A DNA stretch of 64,000 nucleotides. Origin: a virus. Position 1 is the stretch's first letter. Every line of letters begins with the position of its first letter. Positions 37,392 to 46,571 of this stretch are shown here, one piece after another. Where the stretch lies: the UHGV virus genome UHGV-1373641. One strand, given 5' to 3'. The notes below the pieces were generated by a model, which saw nothing but the letters and a program-made list of their open reading frames with translations, made no database searches and was not told the origin of the DNA. Made by a program: the position numbers and the translations under genes.

Positions 37392-38195
37392 TTAAACGAA
37401 AGTGATAGCAATATCGGTCTTCGTACTGCCGGAAATGAGATTCGCATCAGCATTAGCAAAAGCGCTATCCATAAAAGTCAAGGCGATATTAGAAACATCT
37501 GCCTTATTAGTAGCGGCTCCAGTGAAAGACAATTCAGCAACCGTATCACTAACTTTCTTAAGAGCACCAACAAGTCCCGCCGGGGCATTAGCCAATTTAT
37601 AATGCGTATTTGCGGTAAAGTTTGCGGCGTTTTCAACGCTCGTAGTAAATTTAGCAGTAGATTCCTTACCCGGAATAAGCGTTACAGTAACTTTACCAGT
37701 CACAGCGCCAGACGATTCAGTGCCAGCGAGTGTGCTATCCCAACTCAAGGTTGCGCGTTTACCACCAAAAACCCATTCAATCTTGCCGGAAACATCGAAA
37801 GTGTACGTAGTCGTATTCGCAGCACCGACACCACCAGAAAGCGGCATCCCGGTAAGCTGGCCCATGAAGTACATAACCGTACCCGTGGGGAATTCTACCT
37901 TACACGGACGGTAATCACGAGAGTACAAATCTTGCGTCAGCAAATTCTGATGCGTTTCACAAAGGTCATCAACATAACCGTTAAAAGTAATAGTGCCGTT
38001 ATCAGGAATATCCGAGATTTTTTCTACGGCTTCCGATTGAGTAGTCGTAACGGTAATTGTAGGTTTGGAAATGTTAGGTCCATTCCAAGCCGAAATTCCC
38101 GGAACGTGTTCCCATACTGCCGTAGCGAAAGAAGACCCCGTACCACGGAAGAATTTCAGTCCTTTACTCGTTCTGGCTTGATAAGATACAGCCAT
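37392..38195 (-). CDS. Major tail protein
   Basis: Its position is just upstream of the G/GT pair. SD gaaggag. The N-domain is paralogous to 17578..18858. Confidence 0.7.
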   Translation of the reverse strand: MAVSYQARTSKGLKFFRGTGSSFATAVWEHVPGISAWNGPNISKPTITVTTTQSEAVEKISDIPDNGTITFNGYVDDLCETHQNLLTQDLYSRDYRPCKVEFPTGTVMYFMGQLTGMPLSGGVGAANTTTYTFDVSGKIEWVFGGKRATLSWDSTLAGTESSGAVTGKVTVTLIPGKESTAKFTTSVENAANFTANTHYKLANAPAGLVGALKKVSDTVAELSFTGAATNKADVSNIALTFMDSAFANADANLISGSTKTDIAITFV

Positions 38196-38197
38196 TG

Positions 38198-38608
38198 TTA
38201 AGCTCCTTCTTCAAGGATAAAATCTACAGATTGGATATGCCAAATATTTTGCCCAATCTGCGTTGTTCCATAATGATCTCCATCTACGCAAGATGGAAAC
38301 TCCGTTTCCGATAAACTTCTGATAATTTCGGAACCCTCTGTGGCGTCTGCATAGTTGGTGCTCATTACATCAACTTGTACACGGACTGACCGCAATAAGT
38401 CTCCCCTATCAGAAAGTGTTTTGTCCAAGGGATCTCCGGAAATTCGATGAATTAGAACGAAGCGTTTAGTATTAGCTACAGTGTTCGCTTCGACGATTCC
38501 TTGGAAAATATTTTCACCAAAAAATTTTTTTACTTCTTGAGACTTTATGAAAAGTTGAAAAAGTTTTGTTTCCGCTCTTTGGACAAGCTTTAATGGCGTA
38601 TTAAGCAT
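38198..38608 (-). CDS. Head-tail joining or tail completion protein
   Basis: Its position. The start MLNTPLK follows SD aggaga. Confidence 0.4.
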   Translation of the reverse strand: MLNTPLKLVQRAETKLFQLFIKSQEVKKFFGENIFQGIVEANTVANTKRFVLIHRISGDPLDKTLSDRGDLLRSVRVQVDVMSTNYADATEGSEIIRSLSETEFPSCVDGDHYGTTQIGQNIWHIQSVDFILEEGA

Positions 38609-38960
38609 CGGAAAGTCTCCTACACATAACTTCAAGATAAGTATTCTCTTTATTTATAGGAGGTGACTTTACTTCCAAAACAATATCGCCTTCATGATCC
38701 GAATGTAATATGAATCTACTTCTATCTGAAACGTCCGAACGAAATCTCATGGAAAGTCGTATCGTCCCTTCTCCTTGAGACTGAGAAGCAATCCAATATT
38801 CTCTCCCAGACATATATTCAATGCCAACATAGATGTCAGCTACAGGATGATATAAACTTGTCGGTGAACCAGTAACGTCTCTTGATCGAACTTCTTTAAG
38901 CAATGTCGCTCTTTTATTTAATACGGCAGGATTTGAAGTATAATCAAGCATATCAAACAA
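38601..38960 (-). CDS. Head-tail adaptor-like protein
   Basis: Its position and size. Confidence 0.4.
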   Translation of the reverse strand: MFDMLDYTSNPAVLNKRATLLKEVRSRDVTGSPTSLYHPVADIYVGIEYMSGREYWIASQSQGEGTIRLSMRFRSDVSDRSRFILHSDHEGDIVLEVKSPPINKENTYLEVMCRRLSDA

Positions 38961-39915
38961 ATCCTATAATTTTAAATGTGTCCAATATATTATCTATAAA
39001 ATTGCTTGGGAATAATGCGTCGTTAGATTTGCCAGCACGAAGGGCTATTTCAGACCTTTGCTGAAAGAGCGTTCCTGTACGAACCATAATCCATTGTTTC
39101 AAAGGATGAGGACAATTGCTTACAAAAACTTTTTGAGTTGGGATCGCATCAGGCGCAATATATAATTTCGGAATTTCCGTGATAGGAGGAAGCTTTACAG
39201 ATTGGGCATCTACATAATTATGAAATTCATCGTGAATGAAACCACCAGCATAATTTATGATGAGGGATGCACCTTTTACAATTGATGCTTCCGTAGTCTG
39301 AATTTCTACAACATCATCCTTGACAAAAATGGCAAGCACGGGTACGTTGTTTCCAACGGAATCATAGATTTGAAAATTTTCTGGTTTTGCATCGCCCATA
39401 ATGGGTCGATTGAATACGAGAGTAACACTAGATTCAGTGAATCCGGTTTTAGCTGGCTCAATGAAAGGAGATTCGTTAGTTACAATTTTTTCCAATTTTT
39501 CTTCTACCGTATATCCAGCGCGAAGAACAATCTTTGGATTAAGGGGAAATCCGCTCAAAGGGGAGAGAGATCCAATAAGCGGATTTCCTTGCGGCGACAA
39601 CGCAGGGTATTCAACAGTATACAGGTCAGGAGAGACAGGCTGGCCCGAAGAGTCAAACACTTCTACGGATGTAACGGGAACCACGGGGAGAGGAACCGCA
39701 GACCCATTCATCTCTTTTTCGGAGGGAGTCCACGACCATTCTGAATCTACAAAAACTCGCCCGGTCTTCTGTTCCGCGTGAGTTGTAGCGGAAGCTATAA
39801 GATTTTCAATATAAAAATCTTCTTCCGCAGTTGTGGTATTCAGCCTCAAATGCTGCTTGACCTCTTCTACAGAAACAGGGTAGCATTTAGGGGCAATGGT
39901 CATGTCAAGACTCAT
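38953..39915 (-). CDS. gp6-like head-tail connector (Phage_connect_1-like N-domain) with a long C-terminal extension
   Basis: The N-terminus VSVEEVKQHLRLNTTTAEEDFYIENLIASATTHAEQKTGR matches the connector family consensus (L.eaK.hLRid...i..li.aA...e..tgr). Confidence 0.55.
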   Translation of the reverse strand: MSLDMTIAPKCYPVSVEEVKQHLRLNTTTAEEDFYIENLIASATTHAEQKTGRVFVDSEWSWTPSEKEMNGSAVPLPVVPVTSVEVFDSSGQPVSPDLYTVEYPALSPQGNPLIGSLSPLSGFPLNPKIVLRAGYTVEEKLEKIVTNESPFIEPAKTGFTESSVTLVFNRPIMGDAKPENFQIYDSVGNNVPVLAIFVKDDVVEIQTTEASIVKGASLIINYAGGFIHDEFHNYVDAQSVKLPPITEIPKLYIAPDAIPTQKVFVSNCPHPLKQWIMVRTGTLFQQRSEIALRAGKSNDALFPSNFIDNILDTFKIIGFV

Positions 39916-39920
39916 ATCGT

Positions 39921-40232
39921 CTATTTCCCTTCGTTAATTTTATGCTTTACTTTATCGGCAAGTTCGGTAAGAACAATCTCGGCGGAACCGAAACCGGAAC
40001 GACCACCGACAAAAGCAACGATAGTAAGATTTTCCCTTTTAAGGCGTTCATCAAGCCCGGCCTTTTTCAGGTCTTCTACGATACCCATAACATCTTCTGA
40101 AACGGAGGGGGCGGGAACCGCCCCACTCACAATTTCTTTTGATGATTTAGGCTTCGCAGAGGACTTCGGAGTTTCATCAGCGATGACTTCTGTAGAAGCC
40201 ATAACGCTGGTAGTCGCTTCATTGATAGCCAT
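39921..40232 (-). CDS. Hypothetical head protein
   Basis: Its position. Confidence 0.4.
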   Translation of the reverse strand: MAINEATTSVMASTEVIADETPKSSAKPKSSKEIVSGAVPAPSVSEDVMGIVEDLKKAGLDERLKRENLTIVAFVGGRSGFGSAEIVLTELADKVKHKINEGK

Positions 40233-40238
40233 AGAGAA

Positions 40239-40589
40239 TTACTCCACCGGAACGAGGTCGGCACGCATCAGGACCGCATGAACGGTAGGAGTGCCTTCGG
40301 ACTTAGTGACGGTTACTTTCACGAACTGGCGGCTACCGATGTAACCGACTTTAGCACTCTTGGCGGACGCAGTGACTTTCACTTCCGCAATGGGTTTAGT
40401 GAGGTCCAGAGGTTCAAGTTCCTCGGTAGCGGTAGAATCCGTGTCGCCATGCGTAATAGCAAGCGAAGCTTCATTGGTGCCGTCACCTTCGAGCACGAAA
40501 GTAACGGAATTGAACCCCTGAATGTCAATGGGAGTTCCCGAAGTAACCGGGACCACCTTCATATGAGATGCAAGATCTTTCATAGCCAT
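40239..40589 (-). CDS. Possible head decoration protein
   Basis: Directly downstream of the capsid gene. SD aaaaggag. Confidence 0.4.
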   Translation of the reverse strand: MAMKDLASHMKVVPVTSGTPIDIQGFNSVTFVLEGDGTNEASLAITHGDTDSTATEELEPLDLTKPIAEVKVTASAKSAKVGYIGSRQFVKVTVTKSEGTPTVHAVLMRADLVPVE

Positions 40590-40609
40590 AATGATTTCTC
40601 CTTTTTTGC

Positions 40610-41911
40610 TTAGGCCGCGAACTTGAGCAGCTTAATAGCTTCAAAGTTCTGAATGCCGCCGCCAGTACGCAGGTCAATGTTGAAGATAACGAGAGGGGCC
40701 TTGGTCACGGTGTCTCGCTGGATACGCATACCGCGACGTTCGACAACAAGATATCCCTTACGGAAGTTGCCGAAGGCTATAGAGAAAGCATTGGCTTCAA
40801 TGTCGGGCATATTTTCGTCAATTTCGATGTTGTAGCCGAGCAGGGTGTTCGGCTTGCCCATCTGCAAGGATGGCTGCCACAGATAGTTACCATCGTTATC
40901 CTTGAGCTTACGCACGGAGGACTCGGTAAAGGAGTTCATCAACCAGTTAGCGCCCTGACGATAACCACGTTTCAGGAAGGTGGTCATATCGATAAGGCAA
41001 TCGGCGGGGCCTTTATCCTTAGAGGCAGAATCGTAAGGAAGGAACGCACCAGACTTGCCAGTCTTAGCAAAACCGAGCTTGCCCCAATCAACACCAGCCT
41101 TGCCAGTCTGTTCGGCAACGGGATAGGCAAGAATGCCGAAAGGCTTCTTCACGCCATTGCCCCACACATGGGCATGAGCAATCGTTTCACCGAAGGCGAT
41201 ACGGGTACTGTCCATGAGTTCGGCTTCGATGTCGACATAAGAGTCTTCGATGAGTTCGGAAGACAAGGTGGGCTTCGCCATGAGCGTGTGAACATCCCAC
41301 TTGAGCTGACCGTAATCCGGAGTCTTGGTTTCGCGGCGCGTTTCGACTTCACCAGTCCACACAGCGGATGATTCGGAAAGACGGACAGGACGTTCATAGC
41401 TTGACGTACCCGTGGTCTTCTTTTCAGCAAGACGGTAAATCGCAGAGTCATCACGAGCGAGTTTCAGGATATCACGTTCGACTTCCACAGGGACGAAAAT
41501 GCCACCATAGGTATCAATACCAGACAGGAGGGTCTTCATTTCCGTTTCTGACTTGGGAAGGCCATAAGCTTTCGCGGCGCGCATTTCAGCTTCAATAAGA
41601 GCTGACTTTGATTCCTCGGGAAGATCCTGATAATTGGTCTTGTGGACGGTACGGAAGAAAGCGGACTTAACCATATCTTCACGAGTCTTCGGATCACCAG
41701 AAGGGGCGCTTGAAATCTTGAGACGCTTAATCTCTTCGTCCGCCTCAGCCTTATACTTCTTAAAGTCTTCGTCCTGTTTAGCAAGCATTTCTTTGAGATC
41801 GGAAATAGCGGCAGAGCTATCCTTTTTCAGGAGTTCGTCACGCTTGTCGAGAGCAGCCTTCTGCTCCTCCCAAAGTGCATTGATCTTGTCGATAATAGTA
41901 TTTTCAGCCAT
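40610..41911 (-). CDS. Major capsid protein (HK97 fold) with an N-terminal scaffold-like delta region
   Basis: An N-terminal coiled coil of about 110 aa, then a Phage_capsid-like body. The MAENTII start follows SD aagaggaag. Confidence 0.8.
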   Translation of the reverse strand: MAENTIIDKINALWEEQKAALDKRDELLKKDSSAAISDLKEMLAKQDEDFKKYKAEADEEIKRLKISSAPSGDPKTREDMVKSAFFRTVHKTNYQDLPEESKSALIEAEMRAAKAYGLPKSETEMKTLLSGIDTYGGIFVPVEVERDILKLARDDSAIYRLAEKKTTGTSSYERPVRLSESSAVWTGEVETRRETKTPDYGQLKWDVHTLMAKPTLSSELIEDSYVDIEAELMDSTRIAFGETIAHAHVWGNGVKKPFGILAYPVAEQTGKAGVDWGKLGFAKTGKSGAFLPYDSASKDKGPADCLIDMTTFLKRGYRQGANWLMNSFTESSVRKLKDNDGNYLWQPSLQMGKPNTLLGYNIEIDENMPDIEANAFSIAFGNFRKGYLVVERRGMRIQRDTVTKAPLVIFNIDLRTGGGIQNFEAIKLLKFAA

Positions 41912-42061
41912 AAAAACACTTCCTCTTTTCGAGATTTTTAAAATAGATAAAGTAAAAAGTACCTCCCATTCATCCCGAACTGAGGCATTGCCAATATTGA
42001 CTTTGATAGTGTAAATCATATTTTTACATTTTTGTCAACCCCTTTTTTAAAAAGAACAAAA

Positions 42062-42100
42062 AAATTACGCCGTCTCAATTAAGAAAACGACGTAATAATC
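42062..42100 (-). terminator. Candidate intrinsic terminator between the protease and capsid genes
   Basis: On the minus strand, attacgtcgttttcttaattgagacggcgtaattttttt (the stem has one mismatch). Confidence 0.4.
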
Positions 42101-42121
42101 AGTCATATTTTTTATTAAAAA

Positions 42122-43060
42122 TTATTTTCTAAACAATGCTTCCAAGGCTTCCAGAGCTTCCCTTTCTGCATTTTCTTTACGTTTGGCAGCAATAGCCTCA
42201 TCAAGCCATGCGGAAAGTTCTTCGTCCATTTTAGCTTCTTCTGTGTTTTCAGAAACAGTTTCGCCTTTCGTTTTATCTTCGGCGTTATTTTCGGGAGTAT
42301 TGTTTTCGGGCTCATTCGACTCTTCGGAAATATTTACGGATTCCTCTTGGATGCCCTTGGGTTCTTCATGAGTCTCCTTAGATTCTTCCGGCTGTTTAAT
42401 TCCTTTGATTTCCGCATCAATATCAGCGGAGATAATGGATTTAAGCTGGACAACGATATCTTTGGCTTCCTTATTAGAAAAACCTTTTTCACGGAGGAAT
42501 TGTTCGGCATCTCGCAGAGTGCCGATATTTTTCACCGCGTCAATAGTAGCTTCCGTATTCATGGGAAACGTCACCACAGACCCTTCAATGAGATGTACTT
42601 TATTTAATTCTCGGACAGTATATGCGGAAAATTTCCGACCGTATTTCTTTCCTTCCACATATTTATAATCTCTGGCTTGATAGCCAATGCTCATGCCCAT
42701 AGAACCGGGATCTGATTCTTTCAAGACTGTCCACATATCTTTGCCAGACGTGGTGCTGAAAAGTTTCCCTTCTACATAAAGACCCTTTTCATCCTCACGC
42801 ATAAGCGTCCATTTTCCAATAGGCTCAAGATCATCAGCGGTAAGTTTCATGCCGCCATGCTGCTTTAGCATTGGAGGATAATGCCCCTTATTTTTCCATT
42901 CTCGGAGAGTGTCTTTAAATGCGCCGGGCATGATAACGTCCATACCTTGGTCGACATTATTACAAACGGCGAGATATCCGGAAAATGTATATTGATCTCC
43001 GTCATCACTTTTACATTCAAGATCACTAAAAGGGCAAAAATGTTTCGTTTCAACTGTCAT
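42122..43060 (-). CDS. Prohead protease (HK97 gp4 / S78-like) with an acidic C-terminal extension
   Basis: FSGYLAVCNNVDQGMDVIMPGAFKDTL matches the S78 N-terminal motif. Confidence 0.7.
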   Translation of the reverse strand: MTVETKHFCPFSDLECKSDDGDQYTFSGYLAVCNNVDQGMDVIMPGAFKDTLREWKNKGHYPPMLKQHGGMKLTADDLEPIGKWTLMREDEKGLYVEGKLFSTTSGKDMWTVLKESDPGSMGMSIGYQARDYKYVEGKKYGRKFSAYTVRELNKVHLIEGSVVTFPMNTEATIDAVKNIGTLRDAEQFLREKGFSNKEAKDIVVQLKSIISADIDAEIKGIKQPEESKETHEEPKGIQEESVNISEESNEPENNTPENNAEDKTKGETVSENTEEAKMDEELSAWLDEAIAAKRKENAEREALEALEALFRK

Positions 43061-43236
43061 TATTTTTTCTCCGAATTTCCTTTAAATTCGCTCTCCAGTT
43101 CCGCCAACTCTTTTTTAATGAGTTCATATTCAGTACAGGTTGGGTCGACGCCTTGCCGCAAAAGCTCCTCTACCCAATCCAAATCACGTTTCTTGAAATA
43201 AATAAGCTTAGAAAGGGTGGCTTTATCTTTACTCAT
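43060..43236 (-). CDS. Small protein, translationally coupled to the portal gene
   Basis: ATGAGTAA overlaps the portal stop. Confidence 0.35.
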   Translation of the reverse strand: MSKDKATLSKLIYFKKRDLDWVEELLRQGVDPTCTEYELIKKELAELESEFKGNSEKK

Positions 43237-44557
43237 TGTCTTCGTCATTCCGTTGATCGCCATTGTTCGTCTCTCCGTTTTTAGGTTTTTTCGGAATTGT
43301 ACTACCTGATTGAGGAATCTGTGCATCCATTACGTCCGCTTCCTTAACAATGGATTCTACAGTCCTCATAGCTCCCTGCATAAATAGCTCATCACCGCCC
43401 TTGACGGGATTCATTTCAGACAGGGCTCGAACTTCGTTAGGAGTCATATACCCGGAATTGATGGCAGTACGATAAACTTCGGCACGGCTTTTCGCGTCGC
43501 CACGAAGCAATCCATCATCCATGAACTTGAAATACAGACCTTCCTTTCTACGCTGTTCTTCTGTGAGCAAGAATTTATTGGCACTCGTTTCAATACGCCG
43601 ATACCACGGATCAAGCGTATGAATTTTATGCTGCAAGAAAAGCTGTTCGGAAGATGCGTACGTTGTGGTCTTCATATAATCAAAGACCATGATTGGCATC
43701 ACTCCCCAATTTCGACAAAGATCCGCAACTTGGAATTGACGATTCTCAACAAACTGAGCGTCCTGATTAGTCATGGACATCTGCTGATATCGAAAATCGT
43801 TGCTCAAGATAATTGTCTTATTGGCATTTCTTGAACCGCTATATTCTCTCTCCCACGTCTCACGAATACGCTTTCTCTGTTCCTCTGTCAAGTCATTTAC
43901 TGCGGTAAGAATTCCGGAAGGTTTAACTCCATTCTTTAAAGATGTTCCAAGATATTTATCCGAAGACAAAGAAAGACCAATAGCATTTTTTGCCAGTTTG
44001 ACAGGAGACAGTCCACGAATAACATCGTACCCTCTCCACTTCAAATGCCACATATCCTTTTCAGGAATTTCAATATATCGCCCGTTTTCGGTCGTTACAA
44101 AATATTTTGACCGAAGCCCAAGAGAATCAGATTCATCCATCTGAACATTAACCATGCCGGGAGGGAAAGGATACATCTCCTTAATCTCTCCACGTACTCT
44201 TACAAGCCAAACGAAAGCTTCTCCAGTCAGCGCGAGATGCAAGCCGAGAGTCTCCCGAAATTCAAATTGACTTTGATATGGATTTGGGCCTTCCTCAAAA
44301 AGCCAATACAATGGGTGGTTTTCCGCTGGCTTTCTAGTATTTCCCTTTTTTTGATACAAACGAAAAGGAACCTGAGCGATACCATTGGAAATAACGGAAA
44401 CACAAGCCAAGACGACAGAGCAATCAAGCGCTGTCCGCGTAGTTACTGGAGTACCGGAATCGGAAACAGAGATCGAATTTAAGAACGAATCGTCCATATT
44501 CGATTTAGACTCTGAATCCTTTTTTCGGAAGTTATTGAAAATATTTAAAAAACCCAT
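43229..44557 (-). CDS. Portal protein (HK97-family portal)
   Basis: Its size and position. Hydrophobic core LDCSVVLACVSVISNGIAQVPFRLY. Confidence 0.7.
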   Translation of the reverse strand: MGFLNIFNNFRKKDSESKSNMDDSFLNSISVSDSGTPVTTRTALDCSVVLACVSVISNGIAQVPFRLYQKKGNTRKPAENHPLYWLFEEGPNPYQSQFEFRETLGLHLALTGEAFVWLVRVRGEIKEMYPFPPGMVNVQMDESDSLGLRSKYFVTTENGRYIEIPEKDMWHLKWRGYDVIRGLSPVKLAKNAIGLSLSSDKYLGTSLKNGVKPSGILTAVNDLTEEQRKRIRETWEREYSGSRNANKTIILSNDFRYQQMSMTNQDAQFVENRQFQVADLCRNWGVMPIMVFDYMKTTTYASSEQLFLQHKIHTLDPWYRRIETSANKFLLTEEQRRKEGLYFKFMDDGLLRGDAKSRAEVYRTAINSGYMTPNEVRALSEMNPVKGGDELFMQGAMRTVESIVKEADVMDAQIPQSGSTIPKKPKNGETNNGDQRNDEDNE

Positions 44558-44775
44558 AATACCCGCCCTGCGGTAAAAATTTACTACTACGTCCTATACG
44601 ACATATATTTTCCTTTGTCAAGTAAAAAATTGACAAAATTGTAAAATATAGAAAATTAAGGGGCGTAAATACGCCCCGTTATTAGTTTTTATTTATATCA
44701 AAAATAATCAAGCATAGATTATGAAGTTGAAGTGTAACTGCTCTTTATAGAACACTAAAGACCTAAAATTGACCC

Positions 44776-45351
44776 TTACCACTCATGAATGGATTGTTGT
44801 CTATGGTGGCTTCCTTTATGATTTAAAAGGATTTCGTCAATCACAGCGTTGTATCCGTATTCATCCCCAATAATATAGAATTGAGAAGATAAATTAGTGT
44901 GCTTTTCAAAAATTTCTTTAAGAATTACGTCTTTCTCTTTTGCTTCCGTTTCCGTTTGGATTCTACCTACCATAGAATATTTTTTAACCCTTTTAATAAA
45001 AACATCCATTGTCTTTACGGAGCGGTGCAGATTGAGGATCAACTCGGATAAAGACGCGGAATAATATGACCTAGGAGCGATATATGCCAGTCCAATCAAA
45101 ATAGGCGAGTCCGTAATAATATAATCGACTTTTCCAAGAAGCCTATCTACTCGATGCCATTGCTGCGCAGTAACGAGCAATTGATCATTCAGTAGGTCGA
45201 CGCTATTGTCCCATACACAATCTTTAGCAAACTCAGTTACAAGCTCGCAAGAAATCCCACACAGCTTTAGCTCCGAGAATATATGGGCGGCTCCGGTACT
45301 TTTCCCACATCCGGGGCCTCCATAAAGATTGATAACTTTAGTATCCTTCAT
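44776..45351 (-). CDS. P-loop NTPase / nucleotide kinase-like protein
   Basis: LYGGPGCGKST (Walker A) and a downstream ...ITDSP... (Walker B-like). Confidence 0.6.
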   Translation of the reverse strand: MKDTKVINLYGGPGCGKSTGAAHIFSELKLCGISCELVTEFAKDCVWDNSVDLLNDQLLVTAQQWHRVDRLLGKVDYIITDSPILIGLAYIAPRSYYSASLSELILNLHRSVKTMDVFIKRVKKYSMVGRIQTETEAKEKDVILKEIFEKHTNLSSQFYIIGDEYGYNAVIDEILLNHKGSHHRQQSIHEW

Positions 45352-45817
45352 ATACTACGGCTCCTTTCTTAATCAAATCTTCCCAAAGCTCTTCTCGCTG
45401 CTCCAAAGGGATGAGGGCTATGCTAAGATGCAAAGGGGCTTTGAAAATTATATCTATTTCCCTTTTTTCTTTTAACTTGCACCATCCATCCCCATACGCC
45501 ACTTTCTTATTTGAAAACCAATGCTTACGAGCATAATAGATTTCAGAATCGTCCTTATCGTATTTATCAATTTCTTCTTCTGGTATTTGCTCCTTAAAAA
45601 GAAGATCATATTGAGAATAGCGTCCCTTAACCCGAAAAAGGTTAAGACCATTTGCAAAAGAGAGAGTTCCATCCTCGATAGGAAAGGCGTCATCCCCAAT
45701 ATCCACAATTCTGCATCTATGAGTTCCAAGAACAATTCTATGAATGGGGCGTTCTCTGGTAGGGATGAACAGTGTAAATTTAGGTATTTCTATAATAGTT
45801 TGCGTCAGCTCTTCCAT
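45338..45817 (-). CDS. Hypothetical protein
   Basis: ORF. Confidence 0.4.
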   Translation of the reverse strand: MEELTQTIIEIPKFTLFIPTRERPIHRIVLGTHRCRIVDIGDDAFPIEDGTLSFANGLNLFRVKGRYSQYDLLFKEQIPEEEIDKYDKDDSEIYYARKHWFSNKKVAYGDGWCKLKEKREIDIIFKAPLHLSIALIPLEQREELWEDLIKKGAVVYEGY

Positions 45818-45819
45818 AT

Positions 45820-46065
45820 TTATACCTCCTTAGTATTTTCTTTTCCACTATTAAGCCATTCCTCGTAAAGAATATCGCATATACCTACAAAGTCTGGACG
45901 GGCTTTTTCTCTAAGCTCCTTTCTAAAATCAGGGTCGCACATTTCTGCGGGGGTTACGGGCCGCCCAAAAAGTTCCTCAACATAAGAATGATATTCACTC
46001 CACGCGCCCATCAAGAATCCGGTAAATGCGGAAACTATTGCGCCTTCTCGATTCGTAAACTCCAT
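45820..46065 (-). CDS. Hypothetical protein
   Basis: ORF. Confidence 0.4.
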   Translation of the reverse strand: MEFTNREGAIVSAFTGFLMGAWSEYHSYVEELFGRPVTPAEMCDPDFRKELREKARPDFVGICDILYEEWLNSGKENTKEV

Positions 46066-46127
46066 AGATCCTCCTTTTTTAATATGGAGTACGTAAGATT
46101 AAATGTACTTACGTACTCCATATTTAG

Positions 46128-46571
46128 CTACAACTTTACGATTCTTTGGTTATTCGATGCCAACTTTATTCCGAATAAAGGTTCTATATAAGATGGTTTT
46201 GTTTTATCATACATTCCGAGCTTGGCATATTTTAACAGGTGGTGAAGCGGCTTAGGAATTTTTTCATATCTTGTCCATAACCAAATCTCCTGAAAATACG
46301 CATTCAATCGAATGATAAAGTTTTGAAGAGAAATCAAATTCTGATCAAGAGGTTCTCCTCCCAAAATCCAAACTTTTTTTACTAATAGTTCACTGTCTTT
46401 AAAAAGTCCAGAATTTTCTTGAGTTTTAAGCCATTCCTGATACGGAATCCCCTGATTGAATTCCCAAAGTTCTTTGTTATGACATCCCTCACAATGAGGT
46501 GCCTTACATCCGGAAAGATATATTTCCAGTGCCCGATGAGCCAGATTAAATTCTGTGCCCGCTACTCGCAT
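46128..46571 (-). CDS. nrdG: Anaerobic ribonucleotide reductase activating protein
   Basis: SGCKAPHCEGCHNKELW parallels the E. coli NrdG SGCVHECPGCYNKSTW radical-SAM cluster motif. Adjacent to nrdD. Confidence 0.65.
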   Translation of the reverse strand: MRVAGTEFNLAHRALEIYLSGCKAPHCEGCHNKELWEFNQGIPYQEWLKTQENSGLFKDSELLVKKVWILGGEPLDQNLISLQNFIIRLNAYFQEIWLWTRYEKIPKPLHHLLKYAKLGMYDKTKPSYIEPLFGIKLASNNQRIVKL